A DNA stretch of 35,959 bases from Candidatus Amesbacteria bacterium RBG_19FT_COMBO_48_16 (GCA_001775555.1 MEXE01000037.1:1-35959); one strand, 5' to 3'. Shown: positions 24,560 to 33,380, counted from the stretch's first letter. Numbers and translations: made by a program. Notes: a model not told the origin generated them from the letters alone.

Positions 24560-25042
24560 TTAACGTAAAGCATAAGTAGTTTGGAAATTGCGGATTTCGG
24601 GTTTTTGGGACAACGAAGAAGACCTACTGGTAAGGGTGAAACTGATACGCAGACTGGGTTTGCCGCCGACGTTGCCCAGCCGGGTGACGGAAAAGGCAGA
24701 GATAAGAGTATCCCAACCAGTAAGACCGGCGGTTCCTTCCGGAGCGGTCAGCTGCAGGACAGAGGTGGCTGCGGAATAAGTATAGTTGCCGTCCGGAAAG
24801 GAAAGAGTAAGTGCGGATGAGGATTCCCCGTCTGTCGCGGGAGCCACAACGGATACAGCCCGGTGAATATCGTACCCCAGGCGATTTAGAATAAACGACC
24901 CGTCCTGAACCACCGATGATACGGTCTGGGACTTGAGCTGGGCATCCAACATGGCAAAGAAAACCTGGCCTAAAACCAACAGAAATACAGCTAAAAGGCC
25001 CATATAGATAAGCATTTCAATAAGAGTGAAGGCCCGGGTCAT
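24560..25042 (-). CDS. Minor pilin, PilW/GspJ-like
   Basis: RA|FTLIEML class III signal; L.YDIHRA. Confidence 0.85.
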   Translation of the reverse strand: MTRAFTLIEMLIYMGLLAVFLLVLGQVFFAMLDAQLKSQTVSSVVQDGSFILNRLGYDIHRAVSVVAPATDGESSSALTLSFPDGNYTYSAATSVLQLTAPEGTAGLTGWDTLISAFSVTRLGNVGGKPSLRISFTLTSRSSSLSQKPEIRNFQTTYALR

Positions 25043-26943
25043 GGTGAGTAATTGACTGATAAATCGTATAAAACCGGAGTCGAGCCCGAATCCTGGGTGG
25101 AAAAGTAGCCTTTATAACGCAAACAACGGGCGGGATTTTCGAAACCGTTACCGTCGTCGCTTAACGGCAAAGCTGCGGCGGCCGTATAAAATGTGGCGCT
25201 GGTACCGTCCGGGCCGACGTAGACATAATCGGCCCCAAGACAGGTGCCGCCAACGGTATCCGCCGCGGCAATCTGGAAATTGAGATCGGTTTGATTAGGA
25301 AGGGCCGTGGTAAAAGTGACCCGGTTAAATGCGGTCTGGTAGCCGGGATCGAAAATGCTGCTTTCAAAAGTCCCGGAGGAGGCGTACCGGCCGCCGGGAC
25401 CGCCCTCGATGATTTTGAATTCCGAAGAAACGTCACCGGTAATAATATAAGAGTAGGCGTCCCCGTCGGTTTCCAGAACGGAAGCGATACCGTTGACACC
25501 CACATCCAGATTAAGGCCGCCGCAGCGGAGGGGGTGAGTTTCGTCAGTGATATCCAAGACCTGATACTCCTCTGCCCCGGTACCCACGATGATGGCTTTG
25601 TTGCCGGAAACAACGGAGAGATTCTTGGGATTCATACCGCCTGATTCGTAACTGCCAAGCGTGGGACGGGCTCCGGATTTGGATGAGATATCAAGAACAA
25701 AAAATTCCCGTTTGGAATCCGAAGCGCCGGTAACCAGGTAACCCCGGGTGCTCGAATCGTTGACAAAAATCCGTTTACCGTCCTGGCCGTTGACATCGGC
25801 ATAACCTGTCTGGAATATGCTCCAGGGATTGGTAATATCGATGATCTGCATTTCAATCGGTGAGTTGGATATGGAAACGTAAGCATAATTGCCTTTGACA
25901 ACCACGCTGGTCCCAAGTCCCAGTAAGAGATTGAATCCCAAAAGCGGGCGCGAGCCGGATTTGGAAGACAAATCAAATATATAAAGGAAATAGCCGGCAG
26001 TAACGTAACCGCGATTGCCGGAAACGAAAATGCTGGTGGCGTCGGCGGTGGCAAAAGGGGTATTGAAGAAACCTACCTCGGTGTAAGGGTTTGCGGAAAA
26101 ATCAATGATAATTACCTCCTTGGAATTGGTATCGGTGGCTATATAACCGTAGTTAGCTTCACCGAAAACATCGTTGGTTTTGTAATTGCTGAAGGTACCT
26201 AATATTGCAGGCTGGGGAGGGTTGGTATCGGAGACACTTATATTGACAAACGATTCTCCGGAAGCATTGTTGCCGGTGCCGGCAAAAGCCCGGCCTGCAA
26301 AGGCGGTGACGGCGTTGGCGATACCGCTTTTGGGCAGGTCCAAAGAGGGCAAAGTCAACTCGGGATTGCACCAATCTCCGTAACCTCCCGCACCCAAAAT
26401 AACTTCGCCTCCGGCAGTGTTTGTGACCGCGGTGCCGGTTAAGATGCCGGCCTCGAAATCTGCCTGGGTCGTCTGGGTATACAACAGGTTGTCCAAATAA
26501 CGGGTGAGATAAGACTCTTCGGTCAGGCTGGACGGCAAGGGAGTAGACCAGGAAACGGAATGATTGATTTTTTTGGTGGAGGGATCCAGGTTGCCGCCAG
26601 TGGTGACGATAAGGCCTTCGGCATCACGATAAACGTCGGCAATAGCCAGAGAACGGGTAAAATCACCTAAAGTTTCTGCTCCGGCGGCCAGGTACCAGGT
26701 ACCGGACTGGGGTACCAGGTGATATGTGCCGTTAACGGCAAAACCTGGCCAATTTCTTTCCCGGACTACCCGCAGGGCTTCGACATTTTCTCTTAACAGG
26801 CCGACAGCCGCCGCCCGCTGCTGGGTTTGCGGCTGGCCGGCCCGGGAGGCGACCAATCCGGTCAAAAGTGCGGGCAGGAGAATTGCCATCAGACCCATGA
26901 CAAGTATTATTTCCACCAAAGATGCGCCTTTAAGAAGTTTCAT
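25039..26943 (-). CDS. Large modular minor pilin with LVIVD-type beta-propeller repeats (putative tip adhesin)
   Basis: KG|ASLVEII class III signal; repeated V.GN.(G/A)YV...I.D(I/L)(S/T) blades. Confidence 0.8.
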   Translation of the reverse strand: MKLLKGASLVEIILVMGLMAILLPALLTGLVASRAGQPQTQQRAAAVGLLRENVEALRVVRERNWPGFAVNGTYHLVPQSGTWYLAAGAETLGDFTRSLAIADVYRDAEGLIVTTGGNLDPSTKKINHSVSWSTPLPSSLTEESYLTRYLDNLLYTQTTQADFEAGILTGTAVTNTAGGEVILGAGGYGDWCNPELTLPSLDLPKSGIANAVTAFAGRAFAGTGNNASGESFVNISVSDTNPPQPAILGTFSNYKTNDVFGEANYGYIATDTNSKEVIIIDFSANPYTEVGFFNTPFATADATSIFVSGNRGYVTAGYFLYIFDLSSKSGSRPLLGFNLLLGLGTSVVVKGNYAYVSISNSPIEMQIIDITNPWSIFQTGYADVNGQDGKRIFVNDSSTRGYLVTGASDSKREFFVLDISSKSGARPTLGSYESGGMNPKNLSVVSGNKAIIVGTGAEEYQVLDITDETHPLRCGGLNLDVGVNGIASVLETDGDAYSYIITGDVSSEFKIIEGGPGGRYASSGTFESSIFDPGYQTAFNRVTFTTALPNQTDLNFQIAAADTVGGTCLGADYVYVGPDGTSATFYTAAAALPLSDDGNGFENPARCLRYKGYFSTQDSGSTPVLYDLSVNYSP

Positions 26944-26977
26944 GTATGGAGGTTTTAGATGATAATGAGGATGTAAT

Positions 26978-27442
26978 TTAATTAATTGAAGTGATGACTC
27001 CGTAACGGTTTAAGTTAAATGTTTTGGAGATACCTTCTAAAGAATCGGCGAGGGTGAAAATATAACCTCCGGGTATAAAACCGACGATTTCCCCGCTGCC
27101 ACTATTAAAAACCACCGTCAGGCCAGGTGAAGAAAATGTCTGGCTGGGTTCCAGACTGACCTCAAAATTGTCCGGGTCAGCCGGGGAATACACCGAACCC
27201 TTAAATAAAGTATAGCTTCCCGCAGAAAAGTAGATACCATAAGGGGACACAGCTCCTGAACCGGCGGTATCCCCGACCATGGCTTTGGCCTGCTGGCCCT
27301 TTAAGTCCGCCGTAATTTCGGCGGCTGCGGAATTGAGAGAGGTATGCTGACGGGAGGACAGGAGACTGACTCCGGTTAATGTCAGCAAAGCCGTTAACAC
27401 TCCTAAGGTGATCACAATTTCAACAAGAGTGAAGCCGCGCAT
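26978..27442 (-). CDS. Minor pilin, FimT/GspH-like
   Basis: RG|FTLVEIV; QAKAM, YGIYF and C-terminal N..G motifs. Confidence 0.85.
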   Translation of the reverse strand: MRGFTLVEIVITLGVLTALLTLTGVSLLSSRQHTSLNSAAAEITADLKGQQAKAMVGDTAGSGAVSPYGIYFSAGSYTLFKGSVYSPADPDNFEVSLEPSQTFSSPGLTVVFNSGSGEIVGFIPGGYIFTLADSLEGISKTFNLNRYGVITSIN

Positions 27443-27445
27443 ATA

Positions 27446-28507
27446 TTACCGACCGCCGACCTGGCCGATGAGTCCGTAAATCGGGGCAATTATGGCCAAC
27501 ATCATTCCCCCAACGCAGATACCCACAATTACCAACATAACCGGCTCAAGAATGGCAGTAAAAGCCTTGAGAATATTGGAAACCTGATAATCCAGGTATT
27601 CGGATATGTCTTTCATAGCCTTATCCAGAGTACCGCTTTTTTCACCCGATTCGATTAATTTGACCAGGATGGAAGGAAAATATCCTCCGGCCAAACGAAA
27701 GCCTTCGGAGAGGCGCTTGCCGGACATAACCAACTCGCGGCTATGGGCAATGATCCGGGAAGTTTTGGACTTGAATACGACGTCGCGGGTCAATTCCAGG
27801 GCAGTGATAATGGGCAAACCGGAAGATAAAAGCAGATACATACTCCGGGAAAAACGGGTAAGATCGACCATTTTAATCAACCCTGAGACCAAGGGAAGGG
27901 AGAAAAAAACTTCCAGGACCAACTGTCTTTTGCGACGGAAAAAAATAATAAACAAGAGAATCCCCGCGACACTGCCGATGATCAAAGCCCAGGTCTGACG
28001 GATCAGAATGTCGGACATAAATACCATAATCCGGGTCGGGAGAGGCAACTCAACGCGGAGGCGGCTGAAGACCATGGAGATCTTGGGGACAACAAAAATG
28101 AGGATGACAAAAAGGACAAGCGCAAACACGATCATGATAATCACGGGGTATAAAAGGGCAAATTTGATTTTGTCGATAAACTCCATCTCTTCCCGGATAT
28201 GATTTCTTAAGTCCACTAAAGTGACTTCGAGAGTACCGGCCTCCTCTGATGCTTTGATCAAATTGACGGTGACTTTGTCAAAACTGCGGGGAAAATGCGC
28301 CAGCGAGGCGGACACCCGCTTGCCCTGCATCAGGTCATTTTTGATAGTTTCGAGGATTTTTTTAACGTTGCCTTTGGAATCCTCCATCATGGAGTTGACA
28401 GCGTCGAGAATGGGAATACCGGCCCCCAACATTGTAGACAAATTGCTGATCAGTTCGATTTTTTCATTACCTGACAAAGAAACGGGGGAGATGTGTTGTG
28501 TATCCAT
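27446..28507 (-). CDS. pilC: Type IV pilus platform protein PilC/GspF
   Basis: Two GspF repeats (LSTMLGAGIPILDA; LLLSSGLPIITA), GEKSGTLD, ILEP. Confidence 0.95.
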   Translation of the reverse strand: MDTQHISPVSLSGNEKIELISNLSTMLGAGIPILDAVNSMMEDSKGNVKKILETIKNDLMQGKRVSASLAHFPRSFDKVTVNLIKASEEAGTLEVTLVDLRNHIREEMEFIDKIKFALLYPVIIMIVFALVLFVILIFVVPKISMVFSRLRVELPLPTRIMVFMSDILIRQTWALIIGSVAGILLFIIFFRRKRQLVLEVFFSLPLVSGLIKMVDLTRFSRSMYLLLSSGLPIITALELTRDVVFKSKTSRIIAHSRELVMSGKRLSEGFRLAGGYFPSILVKLIESGEKSGTLDKAMKDISEYLDYQVSNILKAFTAILEPVMLVIVGICVGGMMLAIIAPIYGLIGQVGGR

Positions 28508-28513
28508 GTAGTA

Positions 28514-30208
28514 TCAGGATAGGAATTCAGCTTTGGTAACCCGAAGGACTTCCTCCACTGTAGTCACACCGTGTTTTATCTTGTCCAAACCATCTTCCAG
28601 CATGGTCTTCATACCCTGCTGACGGGCGGTCCCGGCGATGACATCAGAATCACTTTTTTGGGTAATCAGCTTTCTAATATTGTTATTCACTTCCAATACT
28701 TCAAATAAGCCCACCCGACCGGCATAGCCGGTAAAGCGGCAGGCTTTACAACCGCGGCCGGTGTATATAGTGAGAGTCTTGGCAGAACCAATAATTTGCC
28801 TGACTTCCGCTTCGGGAAAATTTTTGACCAGCTCGACCAGAGTTATGGAGTGACTTTGCTTACACTGATTACAGATCCGGCGGACCAGGCGCTGGGCAAT
28901 AATGACGGAAACGGTAGAAGCTACCAGAAAAGGCTCGACTTTCATATCCGAAAGCCGGGGAATAGCTGTGGCGGCATCGTTGGTGTGCAGGGTAGAAAGG
29001 ACCAAGTGACCAGTGAGAGCGGCGTTGACCGCGATACCGGCAGTGTCCGCATCCCTGATCTCACCTACAAAAATGATGTTTGGATCCTGGCGCAGAATAG
29101 AACGCAATCCGGTGGCAAAAGTGAGGTTGGCTTTGGGGTTGACCTGGATTTGGTTCGCACCCTTGATCTGATACTCGACCGGATCCTCCACAGTGGTAAT
29201 GTTTTTCTCGCGGGTGTTGAGAATTTTCAGGACGGAATAGATGGATGTGGTCTTGCCGGAACCGGTGGGGCCGGTGGAAAGAATCATGCCGTAGGATTTG
29301 GAATAGGCAGCAGCTACTTTTTTGAGATCCGCCTCGTTCATACCCAGGTCGGCGAAGGACAGTTCCCGCGTCCGGGTGGACAAGAGGCGTAAAACCGCTT
29401 TTTCCCCTGCGACGACGGGGATAATAGAAACCCGGATATCAATAGTCTCTTCCTCCAGGGCAACCCGCATTTTGCCGTCCTGGGGAGCCAGATGCTCGTC
29501 GGTGCGCAGATTGGAAAGAACTTTGATCCGGGTGACAATCCGGTCATGAAGGAATTTGGGAACATGCAAAGCGTCCTGCAGGAGACCGTCGATTCTGAAC
29601 CGGGCCAGGCTGTCATTTTCTCCCGGTTCGATATGGATATCCGAAGCTCTGGCCTGGTAAGCGGTGTCAATCAACAGGTCAACTATTTTGGCTACCGGAG
29701 GGTCTTCGAGCAGAGTTTTGGGACTCCAGACCTCTTCTTTGAGGAGGCTGTCGACTGTTTTTTGCAAATCTTTTTCATAAGCTCTAAGGACGGTGACGAC
29801 ATCCAGAGCCGTGGCGTAATGGGGAATTACCTTGGTCCGGGTCTTTTTGGCCAGAAACCCGAGAATTTCTTTTTGGGTAGGATCATAAGCGGCTATCTTG
29901 AGACCGGCAGAGTCGCGGGCAAAGGCAATTATTTTGAATTTTCTGGCCATCCGCTCGGGAATCAGGTAAAAAACCGATTCCGGGATGGTGAGTTTAGCTA
30001 GGTTTATAAAGGGGACCTGATAGTATTTTGCGATAAGTGTTCCAAGCTGTTCATCAGTTACCATGCCCTTTTCGACAAGTGTGTCTTCGAGTGGACGGGC
30101 GGTAGTAACAGCCTGGGAGACGGCTTCTTCCATGAGTTTGGAGGTAACCAGCCGACTTTTCAATACCAGATTTTTCAGCTTGTCATCGGGCAGGGACATC
30201 CACTCCAT
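28514..30208 (-). CDS. pilB: Type IV pilus assembly ATPase PilB/GspE
   Basis: ASDIHIEP, TGPTGSGKTT, EDPVEY, LRQDPN, GEIRD, STLHTN, two CxxC; true start may be 30199. Confidence 0.96.
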   Translation of the reverse strand: MEWMSLPDDKLKNLVLKSRLVTSKLMEEAVSQAVTTARPLEDTLVEKGMVTDEQLGTLIAKYYQVPFINLAKLTIPESVFYLIPERMARKFKIIAFARDSAGLKIAAYDPTQKEILGFLAKKTRTKVIPHYATALDVVTVLRAYEKDLQKTVDSLLKEEVWSPKTLLEDPPVAKIVDLLIDTAYQARASDIHIEPGENDSLARFRIDGLLQDALHVPKFLHDRIVTRIKVLSNLRTDEHLAPQDGKMRVALEEETIDIRVSIIPVVAGEKAVLRLLSTRTRELSFADLGMNEADLKKVAAAYSKSYGMILSTGPTGSGKTTSIYSVLKILNTREKNITTVEDPVEYQIKGANQIQVNPKANLTFATGLRSILRQDPNIIFVGEIRDADTAGIAVNAALTGHLVLSTLHTNDAATAIPRLSDMKVEPFLVASTVSVIIAQRLVRRICNQCKQSHSITLVELVKNFPEAEVRQIIGSAKTLTIYTGRGCKACRFTGYAGRVGLFEVLEVNNNIRKLITQKSDSDVIAGTARQQGMKTMLEDGLDKIKHGVTTVEEVLRVTKAEFLS

Positions 30209-30226
30209 TGTATACCAAAATGGAGT
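30202..30226. promoter_or_regulatory. Inverted repeat over the pil operon promoter/start
   Basis: ACTCCATT-N9-AATGGAGT overlapping TACAAT and the first ATG. Confidence 0.5.
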
Positions 30227-30247
30227 ATTTGATCATTTGGTCATTAC

Positions 30248-30301
30248 ACCCATCTCTTAACTCGAGCCTTCGGCTCGCGTCTTACGCCGTAAGAGAGGGG
30301 A
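30248..30301. repeat. Composite REP-like palindrome related to 5565-5610, with nested hairpins
   Basis: TCTCTTA...TAAGAGA-GGGGA outer arms; internal CGAGCC-TTC-GGCTCG and TCTTACG-C-CGTAAGA. Confidence 0.6.
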
Positions 30302-30302
30302 A

Positions 30303-30329
30303 TATCACACCTTTAAGGTGTGAAGGCTA
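30303..30329. repeat. 27-bp palindromic direct repeat, copy 1
   Basis: tatcacacctttaaggtgtgaaggcta identical to 31010-31036. Confidence 0.95.
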
Positions 30330-30338
30330 TCCGGTAAG

Positions 30339-30536
30339 CTAGCGGAGAAGGAGAAGATAGGATAAGAGACAACAAGCAGAGATACCTACTAAACCCAGGC
30401 CTATTTCTAAAGCGTCGGGGCGGACTTTGGCCGGGTAGAGGTATTCGGCGGTATGAAAAATCTGTTTATCTCGAAGGCGTTGTCGCAAATATCCCCGAAT
30501 GCTGTAGACGATGGTTTCCGGACCGGTATACGGCAT
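30339..30536 (-). CDS. Small hypothetical protein with C-terminal TM helix
   Basis: 65 aa; fits between two repeat copies; TG-A-TACAAT 6 nt before the ATG. Confidence 0.5.
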   Translation of the reverse strand: MPYTGPETIVYSIRGYLRQRLRDKQIFHTAEYLYPAKVRPDALEIGLGLVGISACCLLSYLLLLR

Positions 30537-30546
30537 GGCCGGATTG

Positions 30547-30599
30547 TATCACAAACCATCACACACCCGGTGTGTGATGGTTTCCGGCGTGTGAAGGCT
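30547..30599. repeat. Expanded copy of the TATCAC...GTGTGAAGGCT repeat with an internal 15-bp perfect palindrome
   Basis: AAACCATCACACACC-C-GGTGTGTGATGGTTT at 30553-30583. Confidence 0.85.
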
Positions 30600-30603
30600 G
30601 GTA

Positions 30604-30963
30604 TTAAAGTTTTAGGAGGACTTTGATGGCTGACAATAAATTTCTCCTCGTCCGAGCGCCGTGGGCGGCAGCCCAACCTCTCATTCTCTCTGAAGAAGCA
30701 CCATAGACCATTGGCTGCATCATAGCTAATAATCCGACTCCTGAGGATACTTTCCCTTCCATCTCCAACTTTGTCACATTCCTGGGTTCCATTAAACAGG
30801 CGTCGGGGTTTTGACTCCGGCAAGCTGTAATACCCTTAACACAAGCATGCGCCTGCTTACCAATACCGCCTTTCTGGCCTAATACTGCTGTCTCCAAATC
30901 GCCGCAAACTTCCGGCATGGGGCACTCCTGGGGAACCGGATAGGAGGATACTTCTCTTGCCAC
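30604..30963 (-). CDS. Cys-containing hypothetical protein
   Basis: 119 aa; TAAAAT 6 nt before the GTG; stop lies just before a repeat copy. Confidence 0.55.
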   Translation of the reverse strand: MAREVSSYPVPQECPMPEVCGDLETAVLGQKGGIGKQAHACVKGITACRSQNPDACLMEPRNVTKLEMEGKVSSGVGLLAMMQPMVYGASSERMRGWAAAHGARTRRNLLSAIKVLLKL

Positions 30964-31009
30964 AACCTTATTTTACTATTTTTTTGGCAAGACTACAGGT
31001 TAATGAACG

Positions 31010-31036
31010 TATCACACCTTTAAGGTGTGAAGGCTA
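31010..31036. repeat. 27-bp palindromic direct repeat, copy 2 (supplies the VIT1 stop codon)
   Basis: Identical to 30303-30329; encodes AFTP* on the minus strand. Confidence 0.95.
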
Positions 31037-31544
31037 GAAGGGTCTGGAGGTAGTTGCCGGCCAGGATACCGAAAGCAACCACAACTCCGCCTAATACCAG
31101 CATCCGCAGACTGTTTTTGAACAGTGAAGTGCCGGAAATATAAGCATTCAGATAACCCAGCAGGAATAAGGCTGCAAGTGAGAAACTGACAGAAAGAGAC
31201 AAAGCGATAGACCTGGGAAAGAAAATATAGGGGAAAAGCGGGATGAAGCCCGACCCCAGATAGGAAAAAAACATGATCACAGCGCCGGGGAGAGAATTTT
31301 TTGAGGCTATGTCGTGATGTAATTGATATTGGCCAACGGATTGGTCGGAGAGAAAACTACCGATACCCATAGACAGAGCCTCAATGAATATTAAAATCAG
31401 GCCGGTGGTAATAATGGCCGGAGTGCTCATTTGAGCCGAGGCAACACCGGTTAAAAGGCCGACCGACGAGGAGAGACTGTCCTCAACCCCGAATGTAAAA
31501 TTGCGGACCAAGGAGGCGGATCGGGAGTCTTTCAGACGGAACAT
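31020..31544 (-). CDS. VIT1/CCC1 family Fe/Mn transporter
   Basis: RNFTFGVEDSL, ALSMGIGSFLS, G.FIPLFPY; ATG 31544 preferred. Confidence 0.9.
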   Translation of the reverse strand: MFRLKDSRSASLVRNFTFGVEDSLSSSVGLLTGVASAQMSTPAIITTGLILIFIEALSMGIGSFLSDQSVGQYQLHHDIASKNSLPGAVIMFFSYLGSGFIPLFPYIFFPRSIALSLSVSFSLAALFLLGYLNAYISGTSLFKNSLRMLVLGGVVVAFGILAGNYLQTLLAFTP

Positions 31545-31551
31545 GATACAA

Positions 31552-31650
31552 GTGTACACCCATTTTACTGGAATTTGCCTTAATGGCTTGATGCCGAAAT
31601 GGGTGTATATCCAGCGTACCGGTTTTGCAAACCTGAGTACGCTGACTATA
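31552..31650. repeat. Double-hairpin dispersed element, copy 3 (no insert)
   Basis: TACACCCATTT...AAATGGGTGTA and CAGCGTAC...GTACGCTG stems. Confidence 0.92.
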
Positions 31651-31666
31651 GCATTTTGGGCGACAA

Positions 31667-31698
31667 TTTCAGCTGGTTTTCAGGTGCGAGAGTATAAT
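31667..31698 (+). promoter_or_regulatory. Promoter with OmpR/PhoB-type tandem box
   Basis: TTTCAG-N5-TTTCAG (11-bp period) at the -35 position; TATAAT at 31693-31698. Confidence 0.6.
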
Positions 31699-31708
31699 CT
31701 GGGGCGAT

Positions 31709-32380
31709 ATGAGAATACTGATCGTCGAGGATGAGCACCGGATAGCCAATTCGATTAAAAAAGGCCTGGAGCAGGAACATTTTGCCGTGGACGTGGCTTA
31801 TTCAGGAAGTGATGGCTGGGACCTGGCGGAGGGCGAAGAATATGACCTGATTATTCTGGATCTGATGCTGCCGGGAATGGATGGCCTGGAAATCTGCCGC
31901 AAGTTGCGCCGGGCAGGTATTAATACTCCGGTATTGATGCTGACAGCCAAAGGCCAGGTCCAGGACAGAGTAACAGGGCTGGACACCGGAGCGGATGACT
32001 ATGTGACCAAACCGTTTGCTTTTGAGGAACTTCTAGCCCGGGTGAGAGCATTGACGCGGCGGCCGAAAGTAACTCTGGACCCGGTATTAACAACTGACGA
32101 TTTATCGCTGGATACGAAATCTTATGAGGTCAAGAGGGGAATTCATTTAATTAAACTGACAGCCAAAGAGTTCTCCCTGCTGGAATATCTCCTGCGAAAT
32201 AGCGGCAATATCCTGACTAAAGAGCAGATTATCAGCCACGTGTGGAATTATGATGCAGATATCCTGCCGAATACGGTGGAAGTAAATATCCGAAATTTGA
32301 GAAATAAGATCGACCGGCCGTTTAAGGGTAAAAAAGCGTTAATTGCCACGGTCAGGGGTTTTGGCTACAAAGTGGGTTAA
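31709..32380 (+). CDS. OmpR/PhoB family response regulator
   Basis: ILIVEDE, LDLMLP, GADDYVTKPF, winged helix with TVRGFGY. Confidence 0.97.
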   Translation: MRILIVEDEHRIANSIKKGLEQEHFAVDVAYSGSDGWDLAEGEEYDLIILDLMLPGMDGLEICRKLRRAGINTPVLMLTAKGQVQDRVTGLDTGADDYVTKPFAFEELLARVRALTRRPKVTLDPVLTTDDLSLDTKSYEVKRGIHLIKLTAKEFSLLEYLLRNSGNILTKEQIISHVWNYDADILPNTVEVNIRNLRNKIDRPFKGKKALIATVRGFGYKVG

Positions 32381-32381
32381 T

Positions 32382-33380
32382 ATGTTCAGATCGGCCCGGA
32401 TCAAACTGACTGTCTGGTACCTGCTGATTATCATGCTGGTGAGCCTGATGTTCAGCGCAGTAATATATAGACTGCTATCTCTGGAAATTGCCAGGTTTGA
32501 GTACGCGCAGAGAATTCGCATCGAGAGACGATTTGGAGGAATGACGATGCATATTCCGGAAACAACTGAGCTGGTAGAGGAGACGCGGAGACGGATACTG
32601 ACCATGTTGGCAATCATCAACGGAGGAATTCTGGTGGTTGCAGGAGCTTTCGGTTATCTACTGGCGGGACAGACACTTCAACCAATTAAAGTAATGGTGG
32701 ACGAACAAAATCGGTTTGTGACTGATGCTTCCCACGAGTTGCGCACACCACTGACCGCTCTTAAAAGCGCCATGGAGGTACACTTACGGGACAGGCGGCT
32801 GACGCTAGTTCAGGCAAAAACCCTAATCGCCGGCAATATCAAGGACGTGAACAGGCTACAGGCACTGGCGGATGCTTTGCTGCAGCTAGCCCGGTATCAA
32901 AAAGCCAACGGACAAACGGTAAAAGAGAGACTTCAGGGTGAAGAAATAGTGAAAGAGGCTGTGAAAAAAATAGAACCGCTGGCGCACAAAAAACAAATAG
33001 GAATTAAAACCGAGACGACGGGCTTTTCGATCTGGGGCGATAAATACGGACTGACAGAGCTACTGATTATTTTATTGGATAATGCGGTCAAATATAGCCC
33101 GGCTAAAAGCACGGTGACAGTCCGGGGCAATAAAACCGACGGGTGGGTGACGATTTCGGTCACCGACTCCGGAACCGGTATTGATAAAGAAGACCAGCCA
33201 CATATTTGGGACCGGTTTTACCGGGCAGAAAGAGCCAGATCGGACAGTGAATCCGGAGGTTATGGTCTGGGCCTGGCAATTGCCAAAAAAATTGTGGAGG
33301 CAAACCGGGGAATGATTTCATTTACCAGCAGAGAAGGCCGGGGAACTACATTTACCGTCCGGCTGCCTGCTGCCCCTTAA
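32382..33380 (+). CDS. Sensor histidine kinase
   Basis: Two TMs, DASHELRTPL H-box, LDNAVKY, DSGTGI, GYGLGLAI; ATG 32382 follows the regulator stop. Confidence 0.96.
   Translation: MFRSARIKLTVWYLLIIMLVSLMFSAVIYRLLSLEIARFEYAQRIRIERRFGGMTMHIPETTELVEETRRRILTMLAIINGGILVVAGAFGYLLAGQTLQPIKVMVDEQNRFVTDASHELRTPLTALKSAMEVHLRDRRLTLVQAKTLIAGNIKDVNRLQALADALLQLARYQKANGQTVKERLQGEEIVKEAVKKIEPLAHKKQIGIKTETTGFSIWGDKYGLTELLIILLDNAVKYSPAKSTVTVRGNKTDGWVTISVTDSGTGIDKEDQPHIWDRFYRAERARSDSESGGYGLGLAIAKKIVEANRGMISFTSREGRGTTFTVRLPAAP

Noticed and set aside
30407-30823. 138-aa ORF
   Set aside because: It overlaps two ORFs that have -10 boxes and respect the repeat boundaries, and it reads through the palindrome. Not fully excluded.
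31552-31650. Hammerhead or other self-cleaving ribozyme
   Set aside because: TTGATG...GAAA is suggestive, but there is no CUGANGA core and the motif varies or is interrupted in the other copies.
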